In this document: one piece after another, positions 9,027-18,272 of the stretch | Layout: every line of letters begins with the position of its first letter | How positions within the stretch are numbered: position 1 is the first letter of the stretch | From: an uncultured Lentisphaerales bacterium | GTDB taxonomy: Bacteria > Verrucomicrobiota > Lentisphaeria > JABSQK01 > UBA12247 | DNA length: 39,451 bases | Assembly: GCA_943788985.1 (NCBI GenBank) | Contig: CALSSJ010000046.1 | Location: forward strand, 1-39,451 | Direction of reading: 5' to 3' | Made by a program: the position numbers and the translations under genes | The notes under the pieces: generated by a model | Database searches by the model: none | Told to the model about the DNA's origin: nothing | What the model saw: the letters and a program-made list of their open reading frames with translations, nothing else

Positions 9027-10430
9027 ATGAGCGGATCTGACAGGGAAGGGCCAAAGGAAGCCTGCGGTGTCTTTGCGATCGCCAGCGAACAGGCAGCAGA
9101 GAATACACGTCACGGATTAATCGCTCTCCAACACCGCGGTCAGGAAAGCGCAGGCATCTGCATTCTTCGCGATGGAAAGTGCCATTTGCACCGCGGAATG
9201 GGACTGGTGCGCCAGGTATTCCGCGAACTCCCACCCGGCTGGGATGTACCGCATGACATGGCAATTGGCCACGTGCGCTACAGTACCGCTGGAGACTCTT
9301 CGGTGATTAACGCCCAGCCCTTTGCTGTAGAACTGGACTGCTGGCGGTTATCCCTGGCCCACAATGGCAATCTTTCGAATGGCGGCGTTCTGCGTGAACA
9401 CCTCAAACGCCAGGGCGCCATTCTGCAGGGCTCTACGGATACCGAGCTAATTCTGCACCTCGCAGCCAGGAACCATGTCATGGGCGAGACGCCGTGGCGC
9501 GCCCTGCAGAAGGCGCTGTCCTTTGCCGAGGGGGCCTATTCGATTGTCGCCTTATGTGAGGATGGCATGGCTGCAGTTCGTGATCCGCACGGATTTAGGC
9601 CGTTGGTCATGGGCCGACTCGATGGCAAGATTGTCTTTGCCTCCGAAACCAGCGCTTTCGATATGATCGGCGCTGAGTATGAGCGTGAAGTTGAGCCGGG
9701 CGAGTTCATCCACGTCGCACTTGATGGCACAACCACGTCCTCCATGCTCCCGCAACAAGCGCGCCTGGGCCACTGCATCTTTGAGTACATCTACTTTGCC
9801 CGTCCCGACAGCATCGTCTTTGGCGAGTGCGTCTACAAGGTCCGCAAGCGCCTCGGCGCGCAACTGGCTCGTGAGGCGCCCGTGGATGCCGATGTCATCA
9901 TGCCAATCCCAGACGGCGGCATGTATGCAGCACTTGGCTATGCCGAAGAATCCGGGATTCCCTTCGACCTCGGAATCATGCGGAATCACTATATAGGCCG
10001 GACTTTCATCCAACCCACGGAGGATGATCGACGAAACGCGGTAAAAGCGAAGCTCAACCCGATTCGGGATGCAATCCGCGGCAAGCGCATCTGCCTCATC
10101 GAGGACAGCATCGTACGCGGAAATACGAGCCGCGAGCGCGTCCGCACCCTCCGCGAGTGCGGGGCTAAGGAAGTGCACGTGCGCATTAGCTGCCCTCCGC
10201 ACATCAGCCCGTGCTACTACGGCATCGACTTTGCCGAGAAAGACCAGTTGATTGCGAATAGCCATACCTTGGATGAGATCAGGGAATTGATCCAAGTCGA
10301 TTCGCTGTCCTATCTCAGTCTAGAGGGCCTGCTCTCCTGCGTCCGGTCCCATCCCGTCGGCAATTTCTGTCATGCCTGTTTTTCCGCCGAGTATCCGATT
10401 GAGCCCCAGGGCGTCGTTGCCCGTTGCTAG
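9027..10430 (+). CDS. purF: Amidophosphoribosyltransferase
   Basis: Short propeptide then EACGVF (Ntn Cys), LQHRGQESAG, GHVRYST, LAHNGNL, CIFEYIYFARPDS, EDSIVRGNT, PCYYGID, FCHACF (Fe-S-type cysteines). Confidence 0.98.
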   Translation: MSGSDREGPKEACGVFAIASEQAAENTRHGLIALQHRGQESAGICILRDGKCHLHRGMGLVRQVFRELPPGWDVPHDMAIGHVRYSTAGDSSVINAQPFAVELDCWRLSLAHNGNLSNGGVLREHLKRQGAILQGSTDTELILHLAARNHVMGETPWRALQKALSFAEGAYSIVALCEDGMAAVRDPHGFRPLVMGRLDGKIVFASETSAFDMIGAEYEREVEPGEFIHVALDGTTTSSMLPQQARLGHCIFEYIYFARPDSIVFGECVYKVRKRLGAQLAREAPVDADVIMPIPDGGMYAALGYAEESGIPFDLGIMRNHYIGRTFIQPTEDDRRNAVKAKLNPIRDAIRGKRICLIEDSIVRGNTSRERVRTLRECGAKEVHVRISCPPHISPCYYGIDFAEKDQLIANSHTLDEIRELIQVDSLSYLSLEGLLSCVRSHPVGNFCHACFSAEYPIEPQGVVARC

Positions 10431-10487
10431 CCGGTTGCGAGGAAGTTCCGCATTCTTGCCATCTACTAATCTGCCCGGAAATTTCGT

Positions 10488-11027
10488 ATGATCCTCTCCG
10501 ATGCGACCCTCAAACGCATGATCGACAGCGGCGAACTGGACGTCAATCCGCTGGTTGATAACTCCATCCAACCTGCCTCGATCGACTGTCGCCTCGGGGA
10601 CCATTTCCTGGTGATGGAAGATAAGAATATGGGCGTGGTCCGCTTGGACGACGAGATCCTCTATCGAGATTTCAATGGGCCCAATCTCACGCTTCCGCCG
10701 CACTCGTTTGTGCTAGCCACGACCATGGAATACGTGCGCCTGCCAAACAATCTGACGGCATTTGTCGAAGGACGTAGCTCGATTGGCAGAATTGGTCTGT
10801 TCATTCAGAACGCTGGCTGGGTAGACCCCGGCTTCGAAGGCCGCATTACGCTCGAGTTGTACAACGCCAGTTCGCTGCCCATCATGCTGCAAGCTGGCCG
10901 CAGAATCTGTCAGCTCGTGTTCTGCAGCATGGACCGAGAGGCCGAGAAGCCCTACGCCGGCAAATACCAGGGCCAGAAGAAAGCCGTGGGGAGCCGCGTG
11001 TATCTGGACCAGGATCCCGAACTCTAG
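10488..11027 (+). CDS. dcd: dCTP deaminase
   Basis: MILSD, IQPASIDCRLG, VEGRSSIGRIGL, AGWVDPGFEGRITLEL, RICQLVF, KYQGQ. Confidence 0.96.
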   Translation: MILSDATLKRMIDSGELDVNPLVDNSIQPASIDCRLGDHFLVMEDKNMGVVRLDDEILYRDFNGPNLTLPPHSFVLATTMEYVRLPNNLTAFVEGRSSIGRIGLFIQNAGWVDPGFEGRITLELYNASSLPIMLQAGRRICQLVFCSMDREAEKPYAGKYQGQKKAVGSRVYLDQDPEL

Positions 11028-11029
11028 TG

Positions 11030-11731
11030 ATGGCCCCGGTGGTTCTGCGCGCAACTGGCCTGACCAAGACCTTCCATGTGGCGGGTCAACCTCTTACCGT
11101 CCTGAATGACGTGGACGTGACGGTCACCGCTGGGGAATCCGTCGCCATTGTCGGCCCGTCCGGCAGCGGAAAATCCACCTTTCTGGGAATCGCTGCCGGA
11201 CTCGACCAGCCTACGTCTGGTGAAGCAGAGTTAGTCGGCAAAGCACTGGGCGGCCTGAGCGAAGATCAGCGCGCAGCGATTCGTCGCGATCACGTCGGCT
11301 TTGTCTTCCAGGCCTTCCAGCTGATTCCTACGCTCACCGCGTTCGAGAATGTCCTAGCGCCAGCCGACCTCGCCGGAAAGCAAGCTGACCAACGGGCTCT
11401 GGATCTGCTGAAGCAGGTGGGCCTCAGCGAACGCCTGCACCATTACCCGAAGCAACTATCCGGCGGCGAGCAGCAGCGCGTAGCGATCGCTCGCGCGTTC
11501 ATTAATGAGCCAGACATTCTGTTCGCAGACGAACCCACGGGCAACTTGGACTCGACCACGGGCCAAGCCATCGAGGACATGTTGTTTGCCCTCAATGCGT
11601 CGCATGGCACCACACTGATCGTCGTGACGCATAACCATGAACTAGCGCTGCGCGCGGACCGTACCGTCGTATTTCGATCCGGCCGCGTCGTTGCCTGCGC
11701 TGATGACAATCCCAAAGGAGCCGCCCAATGA
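11030..11731 (+). CDS. ABC transporter ATP-binding protein (YbbA/LolD-like)
   Basis: Walker A GPSGSGKST, VGFVFQAFQL, LSGGEQQRVAIARA, ILFADEPTGNLD, VVTH. Alternative GTG start at 11027. Confidence 0.93.
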   Translation: MAPVVLRATGLTKTFHVAGQPLTVLNDVDVTVTAGESVAIVGPSGSGKSTFLGIAAGLDQPTSGEAELVGKALGGLSEDQRAAIRRDHVGFVFQAFQLIPTLTAFENVLAPADLAGKQADQRALDLLKQVGLSERLHHYPKQLSGGEQQRVAIARAFINEPDILFADEPTGNLDSTTGQAIEDMLFALNASHGTTLIVVTHNHELALRADRTVVFRSGRVVACADDNPKGAAQ

Positions 11732-13275
11732 GTCTATACCTCGGTCTTGATTCCAGCACCCAAAGTCTGTCCGCCATCCTGATCGATACCGCCAGCGGCG
11801 AGCTCCTGCTTGAGGAATCCGTAAACTTTGGTGCCGATCTCCCGCACTACAACTCACCTAGCGGGTTCATCCCGCACGCAGACGATGCGGTCCGCCACAG
11901 CGATCCGTTGATGTGGGTCGAAGCCCTTGAACTGCTACTCACTGCCCTCAAAGACCGCGGTGCTCCGCTCGCAGACGTGCGAGCTATCAGCGGCTCCGGG
12001 CAGCAACACGGCTCGGTCTATCTGAATAGCCCCATCACCGGCGGTTGGGATGCGGCCATTCCACTTGCCCCGCAGGTTGCGCCGCAACTGTCCCGCAAGA
12101 CCGCGCCGATCTGGATGGACAGCTCGACCAGCCAGCAGTGCCAAGAGATCGCAGTCGCGGTGGGGGGCAACCCAGTGCTGAGCAAAACCACGGGGTCGCC
12201 CGCCATTGAACGATTTACGGGTCCGCAGATTCGCCGCTTTTCCCAGCTTGATCCCGCTGGTTACGCCGCGACAAACCGCATTCACCTAGTCAGCTCATTC
12301 ATGGCCTCGCTACTAGCGGGCACCGACGTGCCCATCGACTTTGGCGATGGCGCCGGAATGAACCTGATGAATCTTGCCACCGAGAGCTGGGACCCCGCCT
12401 GCCTGGCGGCAACCGCTGATCAACTCGAGCGCCGTCTCCCTGGCTTGGCCGCTGGCAACACCGTAGTCGGCACCATCGCCCCCTACTTCAGCGAGCGCTT
12501 CGGCTTCTCCGCCTCCGCGAAGGTCACGGTCTGGTCCGGTGACAACCCAAACAGCCTGATCGGGATGGGCGCTCATGCACCCGGCACCGTGGTCATCAGC
12601 CTCGGCACCAGCGACACCTTCTTTGCCCCGATCGATAGCCCACGCACTGACCCCAATGGCTATGGCCATGTCTTTGGCAACCCCGCTGGCGGCTTCATGA
12701 GCCTGATCTGCTTTACCAACGGATCCCTTGCCCGTGAGGCCGTTGCCGAGGAGTTTGGTCTCGACTGGGACGCCTTTGCCCAGGCTATCGCCGACACCCC
12801 TCCCGGAAACAACGGCAACCTGATGGTCCCCTACTTTGTCCCGGAAACCACCCCGCGCGTACCCGAGGCGCTGGTCAAGCGGCTCGGAAGCCCAGACTTC
12901 CAAAATGGCAAGTACGCCGCTGCCGCCGCGCGCGCCGTCGTCGAGGCTCAAGCGATCTCCATGCGCCTGAACTCCACCTGGATCACCGATCGCCCTACGG
13001 CCATTCGCGTTACCGGCGGTGCCAGCCAGAATCGTGGCATCACCCAAGTCCTAGCAGATGTCTTCGGAGCGCCGTTGCAGCGTCTTACCGTCGGTAACTC
13101 CGCGGGTCTCGGCGCAGCGATGCGCGCAGCAAACGCAGATGGCGTCAGCTTTGCAGCTTTGAACGAGGTATTCTCGACCGTCGATCCAGACTTTCAGATC
13201 ATGCCTGGCGGTGACTATCGTGAGCTTTACGATGAGCTGACTTCACGCTTTGTGGCTGCCACCGAGGCCGACTGA
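11728..13275 (+). CDS. xylB: FGGY-family carbohydrate kinase, eukaryote-like xylulokinase type
   Basis: LYLGLDSSTQS, AISGSGQQHGSVY, PIWMDSST, ERFTGPQI, IHLVSSF, GDNPNSL, ISLGTSDT, NGSLARE, TGGASQN. Confidence 0.85.
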   Translation: MSLYLGLDSSTQSLSAILIDTASGELLLEESVNFGADLPHYNSPSGFIPHADDAVRHSDPLMWVEALELLLTALKDRGAPLADVRAISGSGQQHGSVYLNSPITGGWDAAIPLAPQVAPQLSRKTAPIWMDSSTSQQCQEIAVAVGGNPVLSKTTGSPAIERFTGPQIRRFSQLDPAGYAATNRIHLVSSFMASLLAGTDVPIDFGDGAGMNLMNLATESWDPACLAATADQLERRLPGLAAGNTVVGTIAPYFSERFGFSASAKVTVWSGDNPNSLIGMGAHAPGTVVISLGTSDTFFAPIDSPRTDPNGYGHVFGNPAGGFMSLICFTNGSLAREAVAEEFGLDWDAFAQAIADTPPGNNGNLMVPYFVPETTPRVPEALVKRLGSPDFQNGKYAAAAARAVVEAQAISMRLNSTWITDRPTAIRVTGGASQNRGITQVLADVFGAPLQRLTVGNSAGLGAAMRAANADGVSFAALNEVFSTVDPDFQIMPGGDYRELYDELTSRFVAATEAD

Positions 13276-13290
13276 TCCGCGGGCTGCTAC

Positions 13291-13854
13291 ATGACTGAGT
13301 TCATTGTCTTTCCACTGATTGGCGCGGCAATCGGCGCCGTCACCAACAAGATTGCGGTCCGCATGCTGTTTCGGCCCTATCGCGCGTGGCACATCGGCCG
13401 CTGGAGGGTGCCGATGACGCCCGGGGTCATCCCCCAGCAGCGCGAGGCTATCGCTGCAAACATCGCCGAGACCTTCGATGCTAACCTGCTGTCTGGAGAT
13501 GAGCTTCATCGCATCTTGACCGGCGACAAGGCGCACCAGCGCATGGATCAGAAGGTCGAAGAAATCCTCGATCAGCTCGGTCCGTTTGCTAGCATGGCAC
13601 GGCCTTTCAAGCCAAAGATTGTCACTGCCATCCTGGAAGGGCTCGAAGAGTACGTCAAGGAGATGATCCAACCAGGCGGCGAGTTAGACATTCGCAAGCG
13701 CATAGAGGATCGCATCAATGCCATGGACGTGGCCAAGCTTGAGCACCTCATCATGGGCTTCTCCGAGAAGCAGTTTCGCTACATTACGCTCTTCGGTGGG
13801 CTCATCGGCTTTTTCATCGGCCTCTTTCAGGCAGCGATTACGCCCTTTCTATAG
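13291..13854 (+). CDS. DUF445 family membrane protein
   Basis: PLIGAAIGAVTNKIAVRMLFRP, TPGVIP, C-terminal YITLFGGLIGFFIGLFQ. Confidence 0.85.
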   Translation: MTEFIVFPLIGAAIGAVTNKIAVRMLFRPYRAWHIGRWRVPMTPGVIPQQREAIAANIAETFDANLLSGDELHRILTGDKAHQRMDQKVEEILDQLGPFASMARPFKPKIVTAILEGLEEYVKEMIQPGGELDIRKRIEDRINAMDVAKLEHLIMGFSEKQFRYITLFGGLIGFFIGLFQAAITPFL

Positions 13855-14129
13855 GCGTACGCTGCGGGGTGCGCAGCTACAGATGTGCCACGAGCCCACT
13901 GCCATCCTGCATGGGGCACATCTAAAGTTGTGAAACGGGATTTTCGCTGCTGTTCGGCGTGTCCGTTGTCGCACAACGTACAGCGGGCCGCTCGCACTCT
14001 CAGGTCTGTTGTTTCTCCCGGCCCGAGGGAGCGCCGCGCTCCTTGGTCGCTAAAGTTGTGAGCTCCGACGGCGCTGCCTGCGGCCGTCGCAGTCACCATT
14101 TTTCTGCAATAAATTGCCCGTAACAGGAC

Positions 14130-15293
14130 TCATTCAGCCTTGCGGTGACGCACCTGATCCAAGGCAACAGCGGCAACGATAATGGCACCTGTCACGATCT
14201 CCTGAACGAAGTTCTCGAGACCAAGAACGGTACAGCCTTTGTAGACGATCATGATAATCAGGGTACCGATGATCGTACCACCAATGCCGCCTACGCCACC
14301 GTTTAGGCTGGCACCACCAATTACAACGGCAGCAATCACGAGCAGTTCGGTGCCCATATCAGTTGTCGGGTCGCCCATCCCCAGCCACGAGAACCGCAAC
14401 ACACCGGCGATACCCGCGCAGCCAATGGCTACCACATAGGTCAGAATCTTGGTTTTCTCTACGTTGATGCCGCAAAGCCGAGCAGTGTTCTCGTTGGAAC
14501 CGACGGCGTAGATGTGACGGCCAAAGCGGGTGTAGGTTAGCATCAGCCCGATGACAATGGCGAGCACGATCCAGATCCAAACGCCCGGCATCGGCAAGAT
14601 CAAGTCGCCGACCTTGATGTCGCGCATCAAGTTGTTGAGCCAGATCGCTGTGCCATCGACTTCGTCGATGTCCGCGTAGACGGCACTCCCGCCAGCCATC
14701 CACTTGGCTGCACCGCGCAGCGATGCCCAGAGGCCGAGAGTGACGATAAAGGGGGGCAAAGGCGTCTTCTTGATGGTGACCCGGTTCAAGTACCAAAGAA
14801 TGCCGCCCGCGACGATACCAAGCAAGATGCAAACAACGAGTGGCATGCTGTTACCATCACGCAGCCAGACGATGACAAGCCCGCCGAGAATGACGGCAGC
14901 GGCACGGCCAATGTGCCCCACCACGGCGGCACCAATCAGCAAACCAATGGCACCGCCAAGAACAATGCCGCCGATCGCCGCGCAGAGCGGCCAGAGTACC
15001 GGGTATTGCTCAACCAAATAGGTATCACCAGACTTCAGGTTGAGCAATCGGGCAAGGATGATGGTCACCGCGGCTAAGGTGCAACCGACGGAGAGATCAA
15101 TGCCACCGGAAATAATGATTAACGTCGCCCCCACGGCGGCGATGCCAACGATGGCCGAGAGCATCAGAATATCGTTCATCGTGCCCCACTGGCAAAAGTC
15201 TCCGCCACCGAGAATGGCGAAGAGGCCAAACACGAAAATCAGGGCAATTAACGGACCGGCCTGACCGGCGATCTTCAATACTTTCTGGTTCAC
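14130..15293 (-). CDS. Monosaccharide ABC transporter permease (RbsC-like)
   Basis: IIISGGIDLSVG, LPPFIVTLG, TRFGRHIYAVGSNE..ARLCGI, ELLVIAAVVIGGASL.GG.G, VQEIVTGAII. Confidence 0.93.
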   Translation of the reverse strand: MNQKVLKIAGQAGPLIALIFVFGLFAILGGGDFCQWGTMNDILMLSAIVGIAAVGATLIIISGGIDLSVGCTLAAVTIILARLLNLKSGDTYLVEQYPVLWPLCAAIGGIVLGGAIGLLIGAAVVGHIGRAAAVILGGLVIVWLRDGNSMPLVVCILLGIVAGGILWYLNRVTIKKTPLPPFIVTLGLWASLRGAAKWMAGGSAVYADIDEVDGTAIWLNNLMRDIKVGDLILPMPGVWIWIVLAIVIGLMLTYTRFGRHIYAVGSNENTARLCGINVEKTKILTYVVAIGCAGIAGVLRFSWLGMGDPTTDMGTELLVIAAVVIGGASLNGGVGGIGGTIIGTLIIMIVYKGCTVLGLENFVQEIVTGAIIVAAVALDQVRHRKAE

Positions 15294-16847
15294 TGCATGT
15301 CCTCTGTGCCGGTTGCTTCTAGCATAATGCTATGCTCATCTACATCTGCAATCGCCTTGATTGCACCAAGTTTTCCTTTGCACATCACGCCAATGCGGTC
15401 GCAGGTGCCAAGGAGCTCAGGTAGATAGCTGGAAATCATTAAAACGGCTTTGGGCTTGATCCCATTCTCGGGATCGCCAGAGGCCAGTTCGTCAATGAGT
15501 TGGTAGATCTGAGCCTTGCTGCCGACGTCGATGCCACGGGTGGGCTCGTCGAGCAGCAGGATGTCGACATTGGAATGGAGCAGCCGAGCAATCGCCACCT
15601 TCTGCTGATTGCCTCCAGACAGGCCGTCGATTGGCTGAAAGGGCGATGCGCACTTGATCGGGATCTTCTCGATCCACGGTTCGCAAGCCTTGCTCTGCCA
15701 GCCCGGCGTAATGAAAAAGGGCTGGCTGGCCATCGTCAGGTTGTCGGCGATGGAAAGCTCGGTGGCGAGGCCTTCGCGCTTGCGGTCTTCACTGACGATT
15801 CCGACGCCGCCATCCCACAACTGGTGCGGGGTGAAGTTCCCCCCCGCGTTTCCACTTATGGTCTCAATCTTGATCATTCCAGAGCGCACGCTGTCAAGCG
15901 CAAAGAGACAGCGAAAGAACTCTGTGCGCCCCGCGCCGACGACGCCAGCGATGCCGACGACTTCGCCGCGATGCAACTCCAGCGAGACGTCGGCAGGTTT
16001 GTCGATCCCCGCGACGTTCCTGACCTCGCACACGCGTTCGCAGACGACGCGGTCGGAGCGCGGGTAGAGGTCTTTGACATCGCGCCCAACCATCATGGCG
16101 ATGATGTTGGCAACTTCCGCTTCGGCGGTGACCCCGCTACCGACGCTCTGGCCGTCGCGCAGGACCGTGAAGCGATCGGTGATTTCCTGGATTTCCTCCA
16201 GAAAATGAGAGATGTACACGATCGCATAATCCTTGGCCTTGAGCTCACGGATCAGCGTAAACAGATTCTCAATATCATGCTGAGAAAGCGAGCTGGTTGG
16301 CTCGTCAAAGACCAAGACTTTGGCACCGGTAGCCATGCTCCGGGCGATCTCAATCAGCTGCTGCTGCGCGTTGGAGAGCGTACTTACGATCGTATCCAAG
16401 GGCAAATCCTCCAGCCCCACGTGAGCGAGCGCTTCCCTGGAGATGCGTCGCACTTCTCCCCAGCGCATGAACGGGCCCATACGCGGCTCATCGCCAAGGA
16501 CAATATTTTCCATGACCGAGAGGTGCTGGGCGAGCGACAGTTCCTGGTAGATCATCGCCACGCCAAAGTCGCGACCGTCGAGCGGACTCTTGGGCTGGTA
16601 CGGCTGGCCCGTCGATCCACATCGCGCCGGTATCGGCTTGATGCGCACCAGAGAGCGCCTTCATCAGTGTGCTCTTGCCTGCGCCGTTCTCGCCGATGAG
16701 GGCGTGAACTTCGCCAGCATGCACCGCAAGGCTGACCCCACCAAGCGCAATGGTGGGGCCAAAACGCTTGGTGATTCCGGCCATCTTCAGGCGCGGCATG
16801 ACCGATGAGGCTGTGCCAGCGCTGGCGTTAGCGACAGTGTCGGTCAT
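15290..16847 (-). CDS. Monosaccharide ABC transporter ATP-binding protein (RbsA-like, two NBDs), one frameshift near 16606-16610
   Basis: [16 protein letters not shown] in ORF 16488-16847; [25 protein letters not shown] and [12 protein letters not shown] in ORF 15290-16648. Removing one base of GGGCC gives IDGQPYQP. Confidence 0.92.
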
Positions 16848-16854
16848 GGTGTGG

Positions 16855-17871
16855 TTACTCCGCCTGTTTGAGAAGCTTCTTGCTTTCCGCCGTCTCGAGG
16901 TTGTCCGTTGTCAGGATTCCCGCACCGGTATCGATGCGCTGTGGCACAGTTTCGCCACTCAGGTGCTTGGCGAGGGCAGCGACAGACTGAAAGCCCATAT
17001 TGAAGGGATTCTGGGCGACCAACGCCTGGATTTCGCCGCTTCTCAGTGCTGCCACGGTGGGGCGTGAGGCGTCGAAGCCGACGAATTTGACCTTGCCAAC
17101 GAGCCCTTTTGCCTTCAAGGCACCGAGCAAGCCGACAGTCACGGGGTCGTTGGAGGCGAAGACGCCGTCTGCCTCCTTGAGCTTGTCGATCATGCTGATA
17201 GCGCGGTTTTTGGCATCGGCAATGGTACCCGTACCCGCAGCATAGGGATCGGCGATGACCTCAATACCCGGGTGCTCCTTAAGTGCTTCGATGCAACCGG
17301 CTTCGCGGTTCTCGGTACTGGCCGAGCCTTCGATGTAGCGCAGGATAACCACCTTGCCCTTGCCGTCCAGCAGCTTGGCCAAGGTCTCGCCACCACGCTT
17401 TCCCGCTTCTTTATTGCTGGTCGCAGCAAAGGTGATGAAGTCCTTTCCCGCTTGGGCTTCGAGCGCCGAATCCATGATGACCACAGGAATACCGGCAGCG
17501 TTGGCGTCTTGCACCGCACGAATGATACCGGGAGCCTTTGAGTCAAGCGGTGCGAGGACAATGCCGTCGACCTTCTGTGTCACAAACTGTTTGATGATCT
17601 GGACCTGCTGACTGCGGTCAGATTCGACCAACCCGCCCTTCCAGATAATCTCAATGCCGTTCTCTTTGCCAGCGTTTAGGGCGCCAGCCTCGACGCTCTT
17701 CCAAAATGGATGTGTCGTTCCCTTGGGGATCACGGCAATGCGCAGTGCGCCTTCTTTTTCTGCTGGGGCAGCACCCTCAGCATTCTCGGCGGCGGGTTTG
17801 CTACAGCTTACGACCAGTAGTGCGCTAAGCACCAGCAAGGCCAACAGTGAATTGATGGACGTGGTTTTCAT
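16855..17871 (-). CDS. Sugar ABC transporter substrate-binding lipoprotein
   Basis: AGGAG precedes ATG 17871; lipobox-like [43 protein letters not shown]. Confidence 0.93.
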   Translation of the reverse strand: MKTTSINSLLALLVLSALLVVSCSKPAAENAEGAAPAEKEGALRIAVIPKGTTHPFWKSVEAGALNAGKENGIEIIWKGGLVESDRSQQVQIIKQFVTQKVDGIVLAPLDSKAPGIIRAVQDANAAGIPVVIMDSALEAQAGKDFITFAATSNKEAGKRGGETLAKLLDGKGKVVILRYIEGSASTENREAGCIEALKEHPGIEVIADPYAAGTGTIADAKNRAISMIDKLKEADGVFASNDPVTVGLLGALKAKGLVGKVKFVGFDASRPTVAALRSGEIQALVAQNPFNMGFQSVAALAKHLSGETVPQRIDTGAGILTTDNLETAESKKLLKQAE

Positions 17872-18090
17872 GAATCTACTCCTGATTTGTAACATGTGAT
17901 TCGATCTCCTCCCCCAGCGCGTCGATGGCGGCGGCCTTGCTCCCTTTTGTTCTGGGGCACGAGCCTGAGATCCTTGGCCTCGACTACCCCTCAGCTTCTG
18001 TTCTTGTGATTTCCTGAAACGCTTTGTCTGCATGAATTCCTTGAAAAAGATGCTGGAAGCCCCCCAGCTAACGACTTCCACCCCGAATCA

Positions 18091-18106
18091 GGTAAACATG
18101 TTTACC
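18091..18106. promoter_or_regulatory. Perfect 16-bp palindrome, candidate LacI-family-like operator for the sugar ABC operon
   Basis: GGTAAACATGTTTACC, ~220 bp upstream of the binding-protein start. The operator role is inferred. Confidence 0.55.
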
Positions 18107-18272
18107 CAGCCGCTCCCAACGACGCCACTATAACGCTTGGCTGCAAATGTGATAACTCACCAAAGCCATTTTTAGATGAGAAAAGCTGAGCGCAGCAGGT
18201 GCGTAGTGACCGCTATTGTTTCGCGAAGAAATAGCAGCCCAATCCGAGACCCTGCTATTGCCCCCCGCATTC

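Noticed and set aside
15500..16699. 399-aa + strand ORF and similar long antisense ORFs over purF, xylB, icd and cas7c
   Set aside because: These are typical stop-poor shadow frames of GC-rich genes.
17872..18081. 70-aa N-terminal extension of the sugar-binding protein
   Set aside because: The RBS and lipoprotein signal point to ATG 17871.
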